From: an uncultured archaeon | GTDB taxonomy: Archaea > Thermoproteota > Bathyarchaeia > Bathyarchaeales > Bathycorpusculaceae | Direction: 5' to 3' | Length of the DNA stretch: 64,000 nt | Assembly (NCBI GenBank): GCA_963810275.1 | Contig: CAWENF010000004.1 | Span: 1 to 64,000, forward strand | In this document: piece after piece, positions 1-9,129 of the stretch | How the letters are laid out: every line of letters starts with the position of its first letter | Numbering within the stretch: the first letter of the stretch is position 1 | Notes under the pieces: generated by a model | Databases searched by the model: none | What the model saw: only the letters and a program-made list of their open reading frames with translations | What the model was told of the DNA's origin: nothing | Made by a program: the position numbers and the translations under genes

Positions 1-242
1 CGGGGGTTTGGTGTGTTATGGGTAAGACTGTTGAGTCATATGCACAGATTTTAGAGGATTGAGATTAACTGGAGGGATGGATCTCTGTGATTTGAGAAAA
101 AATTAGGTTTAGGTGATTCTAATGCGGTTCAGCAGTTTAGGACAATACTTCAAAGGACTTCACCTTGGTTAACAGCAGATAGCTTGCTTGCTATATCCAA
201 GAAATTCGTTTAAAAAATTATGGGTTAAATATGCATGTGTAG

Positions 243-341
243 TCAGCGTTTTCTTGGTTAGCAATTTTGCCTTTGCTTCTCTCTATGTTCGCTATTGCTA
301 TCGTAGTTAGGCATCGAAAAAATGTTAACCTACACAAATAA
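243..341 (+). pseudogene. Orphan C-terminal membrane anchor fragment (PEF-CTERM-like) of a secreted protein
   Basis: Manual translation SAFSWLAILPLLLSMFAIAIVVRHRKNVNLHK*: a TM helix plus basic tail. No start codon or upstream gene body. Confidence 0.55.
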
Positions 342-547
342 AAGAGGGGTGTGTGGGCGACATCGCCGCTACAGATCGTGTTCGAATCTCACCCCCTGAA
401 TAAACAATTACCAGCTAGGAAACGCAAAAAGCTCCCTAAAGGCTAAACATGCGATATTTCAATGGCCATTTAGAGTGTAGAAAATATTTGTTTTTTCATC
501 AAAGCTTATAGGGTTAAATGTTTCTTCTTTATTTGAACGTGGTATGG

Positions 548-772
548 ATGGTTGAGATAAAGGGAAGAAAGTTTACGGTACTTCTTCGAGAGGAACCTGA
601 AGGTGGCTACTCAGCACAGTGCCTTGAACTTCCCGGTGCGATAAGTGAAGGTGAAAATCGCAAAGAAGCCCTTGATAATATTAAAGAAGCCATAGAGGGC
701 TACGTAGAGGCTTTTCCTGAAGAGATTGACCAGCTTAAACGCAAAAAAGAGCTGGTGGAGATTACTGTCTGA
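548..772 (+). CDS. hicB: HicB family antitoxin
   Basis: FTVLLREEPEGGYSAQCLELPGAISEGENRKEALDNIKEAIEGY matches the HicB motif. Likely ATG at 548. Confidence 0.9.
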   Translation: MVEIKGRKFTVLLREEPEGGYSAQCLELPGAISEGENRKEALDNIKEAIEGYVEAFPEEIDQLKRKKELVEITV

Positions 773-979
773 GAAGCTCCCGTCTACGTTCTTGGTGCAC
801 AATAGTTAAAGTTCTGCATAGACATGGCTTCAAGGTTGTGGGTCAAAAGGGCAGTCACTTTTTTTCTTTCAGATGGCAAACATAAATTGACTGTACCGCG
901 ATATGACCCCATCAAGAAAGGCACCCTTCTATCTATCATTCAACAGTCAGGGCTCGCTAAAGAGAGAATTCTTGGTTAA
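765..979 (+). pseudogene. hicA: HicA family toxin, frameshifted
   Basis: Pieces in different frames: IVKVLHRHGFKVVGQKGSH and LSDGKHKLTVPRYDPIKKGTLLSIIQQSGL. One shift lies in the T-run near 859-865. Confidence 0.8.
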
Positions 980-999
980 GCATTTCAAAAAACCAGTAA

Positions 1000-1039
1000 G
1001 TCAAGAAACTTTGACACGGCTTAGTCAAGGAACTTGTAC
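1000..1039 (+). promoter_or_regulatory. Tandem GTCAA-N6-TTGAC sites upstream of a TATA box
   Basis: GTCAAGAAACTTTGAC (1000-1015) and GTCAAGGAACTTGTAC (1024-1039), then TTATAT at 1048 and ATG at 1079. Confidence 0.65.
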
Positions 1040-1078
1040 AATTAACGTTATATCACTTCTATACTCCTATAACTAAAC

Positions 1079-1573
1079 ATGGGTAGAATCGGCAAACCGT
1101 TGGCATTGATGCTTGTTCTATTGTTCATTCTATCCTTGGTTACGTTTCAGCCCTTAACCGTTAAAGCCGAAAAAACAATAGTTGTTCCCCAAGATTATCC
1201 CACAATCCAATCAGCAATAGGTAACGCAAGCTCGGGCCATACAATCTATATCAAAAGCGGAACATACTATGAAAGCCAACTCAACATTACAAAATCAATT
1301 AAAATTATTGGAGAAGATGCAAAAAATACATCAATCATAAACATTGACAAGCTCGGGTGGGAACCTACTCTTAGCCCCTTTCCGCCACCCGCCCCCAAGG
1401 TAATTCAAATCACGGCAGACAACGTAAAGATTTCAGGCGTAATGGCACAGCTAGACGCTAACGTTCCCAAGCCCGTTAAAAACGTGATACCGCTAATTAT
1501 AGAGGCATCCAAAACAGCACTAGTCCAATCAAACTTGCCCTGCTTATCTCTATGCCCCCGCATACTGAGATGA
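1079..1573 (+). pseudogene. Truncated secreted parallel beta-helix (NosD/pectin-lyase-like) protein
   Basis: Signal peptide followed by IVVPQDYPTIQSAI..IYIKSGTYYE..ITADNVKISG. Family similarity stops at about 1440. Confidence 0.7.
1405..1563 (-). pseudogene. Fragment of a small hydrophobic protein, possibly from a mobile element
   Basis: MRGHRDKQGKFDWTSAVLDASIISGITFLTGLGTLA abuts the truncation point of the + strand gene. Confidence 0.35.
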
Positions 1574-1823
1574 ATCTTGCAGACGAATTTGTCATAGTTC
1601 GTTTTGAGCATTACTGTATCAAACAATCACTTCTTAAGGGGTGTCAATATAACCGTTAACATGTAACAGGAGTATGCCTAAAGAACCGTTGATAAGATAA
1701 TTTGGTTCTTGACATAGAAGCTGTTAAATTATTGGAAGAAAAGACAAGGTAGGTCTTATCGATTTATTTCAACGCTTGATGTCGGGAAAAAGCGGTGTTT
1801 GTTTTGGGTAAATTTTAGGACAA

Positions 1824-2039
1824 TTACTGATACTTTCGCTTTTTTAACGCGAAATCAATAATAAAAACAATTAACAAAATAGCTCCAACAACGATTAGTC
1901 CTACCCAAATATAGGTTACCATGCTGCTGCTTAAACGATTGAAATCTCTGAATTTACTAACTAAACTAATAACAATTCCAGTAAGAAGAAGAATAATGCC
2001 AATTCTGCCAATAATCGTTCCATACCTCAAATTTTTCAC
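1824..2039 (-). CDS. Small two-TM membrane protein
   Basis: Two hydrophobic segments and a basic C-terminus. Confidence 0.6.
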   Translation of the reverse strand: MKNLRYGTIIGRIGIILLLTGIVISLVSKFRDFNRLSSSMVTYIWVGLIVVGAILLIVFIIDFALKKRKYQ

Positions 2040-2134
2040 CCACTAGATATCCGTCTGTCGCTATATCTTTAAATACTTAATGTAAAGCGAGACAAAGCGG
2101 CGTACGTTCGTTATTTCAAGTCACATACGTATAA

Positions 2135-2374
2135 TCAAGCATGCCCCTTTGGTGTCCGGCGTCGATGCGACCAAACGTGACGAAACGGAACCTTCAAAAC
2201 TTCGCCTTTTCTAACCCAGCGCTTCTGTGTCACGCCCACTCGAACCTGGCGTTTTCCATCTGAATATGCGCTGGTATGCAGAAAAGTGGTTTTCGCCCGA
2301 ACCTCCACTAACCCATCCTGAACGTCAGAGAGGACCTCCACAGGATAAATGCCCTTAAGGTAAAACTCAGTCAT
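2135..2374 (-). CDS. Hypothetical protein
   Basis: 79-aa ORF with an SD-like GGAG upstream. Family not recognised. Confidence 0.5.
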   Translation of the reverse strand: MTEFYLKGIYPVEVLSDVQDGLVEVRAKTTFLHTSAYSDGKRQVRVGVTQKRWVRKGEVLKVPFRHVWSHRRRTPKGHA

Positions 2375-2494
2375 GGAGTTTTCTCCTGCAGAGCTTCAGC
2401 CGTAAATAAGTCAAAATTACTTAGAATTGACGAAAATCTGCTTAAACATAAAAAGAAAGGGAAAAATGACGGTATAAATGAACGTAAATATGAG

Positions 2495-2569
2495 CGGGTC
2501 CGACGGGAATTGAACCCGCGACCCTCGGATTAAAAGTCCGATGCTCTAGCCTGACTGAGCTACGGACCC
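2495..2569 (-). tRNA. tRNA-Lys (anticodon UUU), intronless
   Basis: Reverse complement GGGTCCGTAGCTCAGTCAGGCTAGAGCATCGGACTTTTAATCCGAGGGTCGCGGGTTCAATTCCCGTCGGACCCG folds as a cloverleaf. CCA is not encoded. Confidence 0.97.
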
Positions 2570-2659
2570 GCCTTGTCTGTTGCGCTGATAGGAAACAACA
2601 ATGGGGTTTTTTAGTGTTTCGATTTTAAAATTGGAAAAGGGAAAAGTTTTGTGGGTTTT

Positions 2660-3037
2660 TTAGACTCGAAAAATTGTTTCCATAAGGATTTTGATTCTAT
2701 CGTGATTGTTTAGGATTGTTTGGATTGTTTTTCTACCTTTTTGAGTAAGCTTATAGACTCTTTTACGTTCCACCCAGGCGCCTTCGACAAGGTGGTTGCG
2801 TTCAAGCGAGTAGAGCAGTGAGTAAACGGTTCCAGAACTTACTAAGAAGCCGAATTTGTTGTGGATGTAGCTGATTACTTCGTAGCCGCTTATGGGGTCG
2901 TGTTGGAGTTTAGCCATGATTATTGTGTCTAGGAAGCTTTTAATGACTCTTTCATGCGTTTTTTTGATTATTCTGCCTTCTGATTTTTCTCCGTTTACGG
3001 TTATGGTTAATGCAACCACTTTTACGCGCCTAGTCAT
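2660..3037 (-). CDS. PadR family transcriptional regulator
   Basis: ISGYEVISYIHNKFGFLVSSGTVYSLLYSLERNHLVEG..RKRVYKLTQKG. Confidence 0.9.
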   Translation of the reverse strand: MTRRVKVVALTITVNGEKSEGRIIKKTHERVIKSFLDTIIMAKLQHDPISGYEVISYIHNKFGFLVSSGTVYSLLYSLERNHLVEGAWVERKRVYKLTQKGRKTIQTILNNHDRIKILMETIFRV

Positions 3038-3423
3038 TCTTATTATTGTTTATATATATTAAAATTGTTATAATAAATAATAAAAAGTTATAACTAAACC
3101 CAAAAATGTGGGTGGAATCGAGCCACTTTTCCTTCTCTCAAACGCCTCAATTTCTGAAAAACCACCTCGAACCGGTTGCATTAAACAGCCATAAAACCTC
3201 TGTAGCTTTTGTGGAGAATTGACATAAAAATGCGGCAAAAAAGTTCATGTGAACTTGAAAAGTTATCTGCTTCATATAGATAAACCTACACTTGGATGCG
3301 CTGTTTTGATTTGCACATTGCTATTTTTTTAACTCTAAACCCAGTTTTAATACTCGCCGATATATGTGCATGTTAACAAACGTTATCACTAATACTGTGC
3401 TACACACACAGCGGTGCTAAATA

Positions 3424-5071
3424 TTGATTTCATGGAAATACACGTTTAAGCGTTTAAATGAAGAATACGAAATCGCCACAAAAAAGAAGCAGGCTTTAGA
3501 TAACCTTTGCGCCAGCGGCAAAATATCTGAAGCCACCCGCGACTCGTTCACAGCTGACATTGTAAAAGCAATTGCAGAAATTGAACAACAACGCCATGAT
3601 CTTGGAGAAAAAATGCAGGCGAAAACCGCTGAACTTGAAGGGCAAATTAAAACTCTTGAAATGCTTTTGGCTAATTATGAAATTCAGCATGTAGTGGGCG
3701 AAATCGATGAGGAAATCTATAACAGAGAAATTGATCTTCTCGGAAGTACCCTTGAAAACACTCGAAACGAATTAGGTGTAGTCAAAGAAGCAGCAAGTCA
3801 ACTTGGTGTTCCCAAAGCAGTGGAAGCCCCCGCTCCAGCTATTGTTGTACCTGAAACAGCCGCCATAGTTGATTCTGCGTCAGTTGAATCAGTTCCCGTG
3901 GAAGTTCCGGTTGAAACTGCCACAATCGAATCCGCAGTCGTGGAAACAGTCACAGCCGAACCTACATCTGTTGAAACCGTGTCAATTGAGGCTCCGATCG
4001 AGAATGTTGTGGCTGAAGCCGAGTTAACAGAACCTGTTTTGGTGGAAGCAGCAGTTGAGGAAGCTCCTTTAGTTGAAGGTGCCTCTGAAGTGGTAATCGT
4101 TGAAGAAGCCGCTCCAGTTGAAACCCCCGTTGAAGAAGCTCCTACAGTCGAAGAATCAGCTCCCATAATTGAGCAAGCTGCACTAGTCGAAGAAGCCCCT
4201 GCAGTTGAGGAAACCTGCCAAGTCATTGAGACTTCAGCAATTGAGCCCACAATTGAAGAAACACCCATAATTGAGGAAGCTCCAGCTGTCGAGGTTGCCG
4301 AAGTTGAAAACTCAATCGAAGCTCCAATTGAAGAAGCCTCTGTAGAAGCTGCAATCATCGAAGAAACCCCAATGGTTGAGGAAGTTCCTGCAATAGAGGA
4401 AGCAGCCCCAGAAGTTGAAGAAGCCCCAGAGGTTGCCGTTGAGGAGACTCAGGTTGAAATCGTTGCTGAACCCGAAGAATTTGTCGCTGAAGTAGCCGTT
4501 GATGAATCATCTATCGAAATCCCAATGGAAGATGCCCCAGTTGAGGAAGCTGTTTCAGTTGTTGAGGAGCCTACAGTTGAGGTCGCCGCCGAAGAACCCA
4601 TTACCATCGAAGAAAACTTTGCCGAAGAAGCCCCTGCAGTTGAGGAAACCTGCCAAGTCATTGAGACTTCAGCAATTGAGCAAGCCAGCAATAGTGGAAG
4701 CTCCAGTTGAAGATGTCACAAATGAAGAAGCACTTTCTATTGACTATGCCCCTGTTGAGGAAGCAACCGAAGAAACCATCGAAGAAGCCCCAGCTGAAAT
4801 CTCCGAGCCCGAAGATGAAGAACCCGCAACTTCAGTTCCTCTTCAAAACTTTGAAGTCACCGAGCACTCCGCATCGGAAATCACCCTTGACAAAGCCATG
4901 GACCCAGTCGTGGAAGAAAATGTTTATCCACCTGTCATTGTGGGGGAGGACCACATAACGGCCCACCCTTCAGAAGCGCCCCAAGAGGCGCCTTCGGAAG
5001 TAGAAGCGGAAAACACCGCAGACCAAACCACCCCAACCGAAGAAAACGACGAAAACACCACAACTGAGTAA
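3424..5071 (+). CDS. CdvA-like coiled-coil protein with a long acidic E/A/P/V low-complexity tail (one frameshift near 4688)
   Basis: N-terminal ~125 aa coiled coil (LANYEIQHVVGEIDEEIYNREI). ORFs 3424-4710 and 4499-5071 join after removing one base. Confidence 0.7.
4188..4681 (+). repeat. 59-bp exact direct repeat (4188-4246 and 4623-4681)
   Basis: cgaagaagcccctgcagttgaggaaacctgccaagtcattgagacttcagcaattgagc occurs twice and encodes EEAPAVEETCQVIETSAIE. Confidence 0.9.
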
Positions 5072-5620
5072 GCTAATTTTTAGCTTCTCTTCTTTTTGTG
5101 TCTTATTTGTTTTAGTTTTATTGCGCTGCTTTTCTGTTGTTTTGTTTTTATATGGGTGGGTTTTTCTTTGGCGCCACAATGAGGTTTGTGTTTTGCGTTG
5201 CTTTTTTCGGGTTTACAGCGGCTCTTTGCACTGTGCGATGACGAGATTTTCTTTCACATTCCAACATACTTCTACGTTAAAATCGACGCCAGTGGAGCTG
5301 GCATCATGTATCGACTGCTTTTTTCTAACCAAGAATTTCACTAAAAGCAATCTATAGCTCAATTCAGTCCCGACCATAACATGGCTTATTCAGGCAAAGT
5401 TGTGCCGTATCTCGCTTATAAAAGAACCAAAACTGCCCCTATAAGCAATCTTCAAAAAAACAAAAAAAAAGAATGCTTTTTTCATAGCAAGAAAAATTAA
5501 AAAAACCCTCAAACATTTTCCAATACCAATCTACTGCTACTGACTACATGACAAAAAAATGCTACATAAAAAGTCCTTTTCATACTCAACATTTTAATTA
5601 TTCCACACCGATTCACTATC

Positions 5621-5869
5621 ATGCAACTAGCAGAAGTCGCCATCCTAATGAGAGAAATCGTGGACAGATGCCCTGGTCTAGACGGCGCCACCTTCACGCT
5701 ACTACCTCAAAAAGCCAAACCAACATACAGGGGATACAGCATAACCATCAAAGGAGTATTTTCCAGAGAAGACATCAGTGGCTTAAGGAAAATAGTTGAG
5801 GGGCACGACTTAGTTATGGACATCAAAACCGATTATGTAGTGGTTTACGAGACTAGAGGGTTCCGATAG
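5621..5869 (+). CDS. Hypothetical protein
   Basis: 82-aa ORF with globular composition and a TATA-like element upstream. Confidence 0.6.
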   Translation: MQLAEVAILMREIVDRCPGLDGATFTLLPQKAKPTYRGYSITIKGVFSREDISGLRKIVEGHDLVMDIKTDYVVVYETRGFR

Positions 5870-5994
5870 TTCTCTTCTATCAGAAGACCCTTAATAGTTG
5901 TTAAGCAATTATTACGTGAGGATGATTTATCTTTAGTCCAAAAAAACGAGCACCAAGAAACGCCAAAAACCGAGGCAAATCCGGAACTTACCCA

Positions 5995-6180
5995 ATGAAA
6001 ATCGGGGAAGAATACGAAGTAACAATTTTCGAAGTAGCCTCAAACGGTGAAGGCGTCGGGAAAATCAAAAACTACCCCGTCTTTGTAAGAAACGCTAAAC
6101 TCAACGAGCAGGTTAAAGTAAGGATAACTAACTTAGTTGCCGGATTCGTCGACGCAGAAATAGTCTCTTCTAACCCTTAA
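5995..6180 (+). CDS. Single TRAM-domain protein (RNA chaperone type)
   Basis: IGEEYEVTI..GEGVGKIKNYPVFVRNAKLNEQVKVRIT. Confidence 0.85.
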   Translation: MKIGEEYEVTIFEVASNGEGVGKIKNYPVFVRNAKLNEQVKVRITNLVAGFVDAEIVSSNP

Positions 6181-6329
6181 AAATATTCTAAACAATGACC
6201 TGTTTCGTATTGGGTTTTCTAATTTTATTTCTTGATGAACTTAATGTTTGATTGCTTTACCATACTCCTTGCCCTTGTGAACGCTCAATTGCTTAACTAA
6301 AAAAAGAAAAAAGATAAGAGGAGTTTGGT

Positions 6330-7941
6330 TTAGTAATCCAAGATTTTTTTAACAGCGTCGTTTTCCACTTCGTTAGCCAACGCTATACCTGTCACTTGCT
6401 GGGCAAGGATGCTTAAACTCATAAGGTCCCCTCTGTTCAGCAAGTTAAGGTTCCATTTGCGGTTGCCAGCCATTAACTGTTTCAAACCAACGCCAATCCT
6501 GTCTGTTAAATAGGTGTAGACGCCGATACTTTCCAGCGGAATCTCGCTGAATTGTTCACCATATTTAGCTTTAAGCTCCGGTGCTGCAATGAAGAATTTT
6601 TCTGGAGTTTCTCCGAATTTTGCTGCAAACTGGCGCGGCAATTTTCCATCAGCTGCAAGCCGTTTGAAGTATGCTGCTTTCATTGCTGCCGTGATTGGTG
6701 AGCGACCCATCAGAACAGCTTTAACCAGTGGACCGTTTCCAAAGTTGCTTAAAGCGATGGTTTTAAAGATGCTTGTTTCTTCAATGAAACCGCCTGCCAT
6801 AATCAAGTCAGGAACGTGTTTTCCTTTGCTTTTAAGTATCTGTGCACATTGCAGTACTAATGCTTGCAAGTATACTGTTGGGATACTCATTTCATCCATC
6901 ATGGGAACTGGACTCATGCCTGTTCCGCCGCCTGCTCCGTCAAAACTTAACGCGTCGATTTTTGCTTCAGAGGCAAATTTCATTGTGTATGCGACAGCTG
7001 AGGGGCGGTACGCGCCGGTTTTTAGGAAAACCTTTTTTGCACCTTGTTTACGTAGCCACTCAATGTCTTCTATGAAGGATTTTTCTTTTGGTATGCCGAC
7101 TCTACTGTGACGTTCAAAGGTGTGGAATACGCCGTCGCGGAAACGCTTGCTGTATTACTGGGTCTTCGGGGTCGGGGATTACTATGTAGCCACGTTTTTT
7201 GAGTAGAATGGCTTTCTGAAGGTCTTTGAGGCGAACTTCTCCGCCTATGGCTTTGGCTCCTTGCCCCCACTTGCGCTCTATGACGTTTACTTCTAGCTTT
7301 GATAGAGCATAAGTATCTATGCCAAGTCGTTGGTCTTCGACATTTGTCTGTACGATAACCTCCCCATTTTTTTTATCCCAGAACTTTCTAAAACAGTCAA
7401 TTCTTCGTTTAAGCTCTGGTGAATGGGTTAGTTTTTCATTTGTACATGATGCTTCAACATCCATACCTGCAATGTTTTCACCTATAATGATTGATACGCC
7501 GGCAAGTGCTGCTCCAACCGCTAATCCTTCCCAGTTTACGCGCGCTACTTCTGTTGAGCCGAAAGCGCCTGTTAGGATTGGGAGTTTATGCGGAACACCG
7601 CCCACAACTGTTTCTGTGTTTGCATTTGGAAATATGGCATCTTCAGAGGTTTCCGGTATTCCTTGGGCTTCTAAGAGGCCTGCTTGTATGTTGAAATGGG
7701 ACCAGTCTAACCCGAAGTCTTTGAGGGCTCCTGCGGTGCTTGTTCCGAATTGTTCTGGTTCTGGGTAGAGGGCTTCTCTGCCTCTGAATGCGGATAGGCT
7801 GATTTCGCAGAGTACTGGGCAATCGTGTATGCAGATTGGGCACATGCCGCTTAGAGTGCTTGTGTCTTTGACTCGCGTGTTTGTTCCTACGGTTGATTTC
7901 CCGTTTAGGTATGAACTATTTTTTTGTGTTCTTTCACTCAT
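6330..7941 (-). CDS. FMN-binding glutamate synthase family protein (one frameshift near 7139)
   Basis: SGMCPICIHDCPVLCE, ERKWGQGAKAIGGE, LKTGAYRP and DGAGGGTGMSP motifs. The two ORFs join after removing one base. Confidence 0.85.
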
Positions 7942-7982
7942 TTTTTTCCCAACTTTTTTTGTTAACGCTTAGTCATGGGTAT

Positions 7983-8056
7983 TACTAAGTATGACATTCC
8001 ATGTACGTGGTATGAATTATTTAACTTTTGTCAGATAACATGCTACCTAGTAGCAT
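7983..8056. promoter_or_regulatory. Three TAC-N3-GTA palindromes in a divergent promoter (putative RHH operator)
   Basis: TACTAAGTA at 7983, TACGTGGTA at 8004, ATGCTACCTAGTAGCAT at 8040-8056. Confidence 0.55.
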
Positions 8057-8101
8057 AAACATTTAAGTGTCATCTTTAGCGATATGTTAAACTGACTGCT
8101 A

Positions 8102-8281
8102 ATGAAAAAGAAGAAAATAGCAATCAGCATCGACCAAGGACTCTATGACTGGCTCAAAACTGAAGTAGATTCTGAAGAACGCACTTTCGCGTCAATGAGC
8201 CACGCAATCGAATACTGCATCGCCTACCTAAGAAAAGACAAAGATTTTGAACTTCTCAATAAAGCTAAAAAACACTCATAA
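8102..8281 (+). CDS. Ribbon-helix-helix (CopG/Arc-like) regulator, 59 aa, not in ORF track
   Basis: MKKKKIAISIDQGLYDWLKTEVDSEERTFASMSHAIEYCIAYLRKDKDFELLNKAKKHS*. Confidence 0.8.
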   Translation: MKKKKIAISIDQGLYDWLKTEVDSEERTFASMSHAIEYCIAYLRKDKDFELLNKAKKHS

Positions 8282-8372
8282 ACCACCAAAATTTCTCTTA
8301 TCAACAATTAATCTTAAGCGTCCACAAAATAGTTGACCCACCTTTAATTAAAAAATAAAAAATTTGGGAAGA

Positions 8373-9119
8373 CTAACAGTCGGTTTTTGCCAAAAGTTGT
8401 TGTAGCAACCTAATCGCCGCCCAAGCAGCCAAGGCACTAGTATGTGGGTTGTCTGGGTGGGGTTGGTTTGCAAATTGCAGTTTCATTTCGCCATAGCGCC
8501 ACTTCACGTTGATTTCATGAGTGTTGCGCGTAACTGCGGGGTCGCTGATTATTTTGACTTTCACTTGGACTGGTTTAACTGTTAACGCCAGAGTGGCTGC
8601 TACATTCATTTCGCGGGGAAATTGTCTTGCGGCTTCCTTTGCGGTTCCTTCATAAATGGTTTCTTCTTCTGTGTTAGAGTTGTTGAATGCTTTGGGGTTT
8701 TTGCGGCTGGTCAATGTGACTTCTTCTATCCCTGCGTGGGCTGCTGCGGAGATGGCGTCTAAGCCTCCGATAGCTCCTGCTGGAAAATGAACTTTTGGGT
8801 CTTCCGCGTTTAAGAGGAGCAATGCGCCTGTGCTCATTATGATTTTTTCTGCTTTTGACGCAACAAGTTTTTCGTAATAGTCACAGACTGCCTGCTGCCC
8901 GGCGGCTTCCACAATCACTTTGGGTTTTGAAGCAATTAACTCGTCTATGTTGCTTGCGATTTTAACCCGGAAGCTTAGTTGTTTTTTTAATTTCTGTGCT
9001 CTGGCGGCGTCAGTGTCAAAAACTACGAGTTCATCACAGACTACCACTTTTCGTTCGAACGCCTCTGCCAAAACGGTGCCAATGGCGCCGCAGCCAATTA
9101 AACCAACTTTTTTTACCAT
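8373..9119 (-). CDS. nadX: L-aspartate dehydrogenase
   Basis: GLIGCGAIG, VEAAG, GAIGGLD, FPREMNVAATL, NTHEI, NPHTSALAA. Confidence 0.9.
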   Translation of the reverse strand: MVKKVGLIGCGAIGTVLAEAFERKVVVCDELVVFDTDAARAQKLKKQLSFRVKIASNIDELIASKPKVIVEAAGQQAVCDYYEKLVASKAEKIIMSTGALLLLNAEDPKVHFPAGAIGGLDAISAAAHAGIEEVTLTSRKNPKAFNNSNTEEETIYEGTAKEAARQFPREMNVAATLALTVKPVQVKVKIISDPAVTRNTHEINVKWRYGEMKLQFANQPHPDNPHTSALAAWAAIRLLQQLLAKTDC

Positions 9120-9129
9120 AAAATTTCAC

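Noticed and set aside
18-213. Possible remnant gene starting MGKTVESY
   Set aside because: Interrupted within about 15 codons and at the window edge, so it cannot be supported.
345-398. tRNA-like fragment containing GTTCGAATC as a possible att site
   Set aside because: No cloverleaf, and it does not match the 3' half of the tRNA-Lys at 2495-2569.
3798-4691. Long antisense ORFs here and opposite rpoB, rpoA, valS and others
   Set aside because: Shadow ORFs caused by codon bias of the sense genes.
7114-7145. Programmed frameshifting in the glutamate-synthase-like gene (also kleisin at 45668 and hicA)
   Set aside because: These are single-base indels in short homopolymers, typical of long-read error, with no stimulatory structure noticed.
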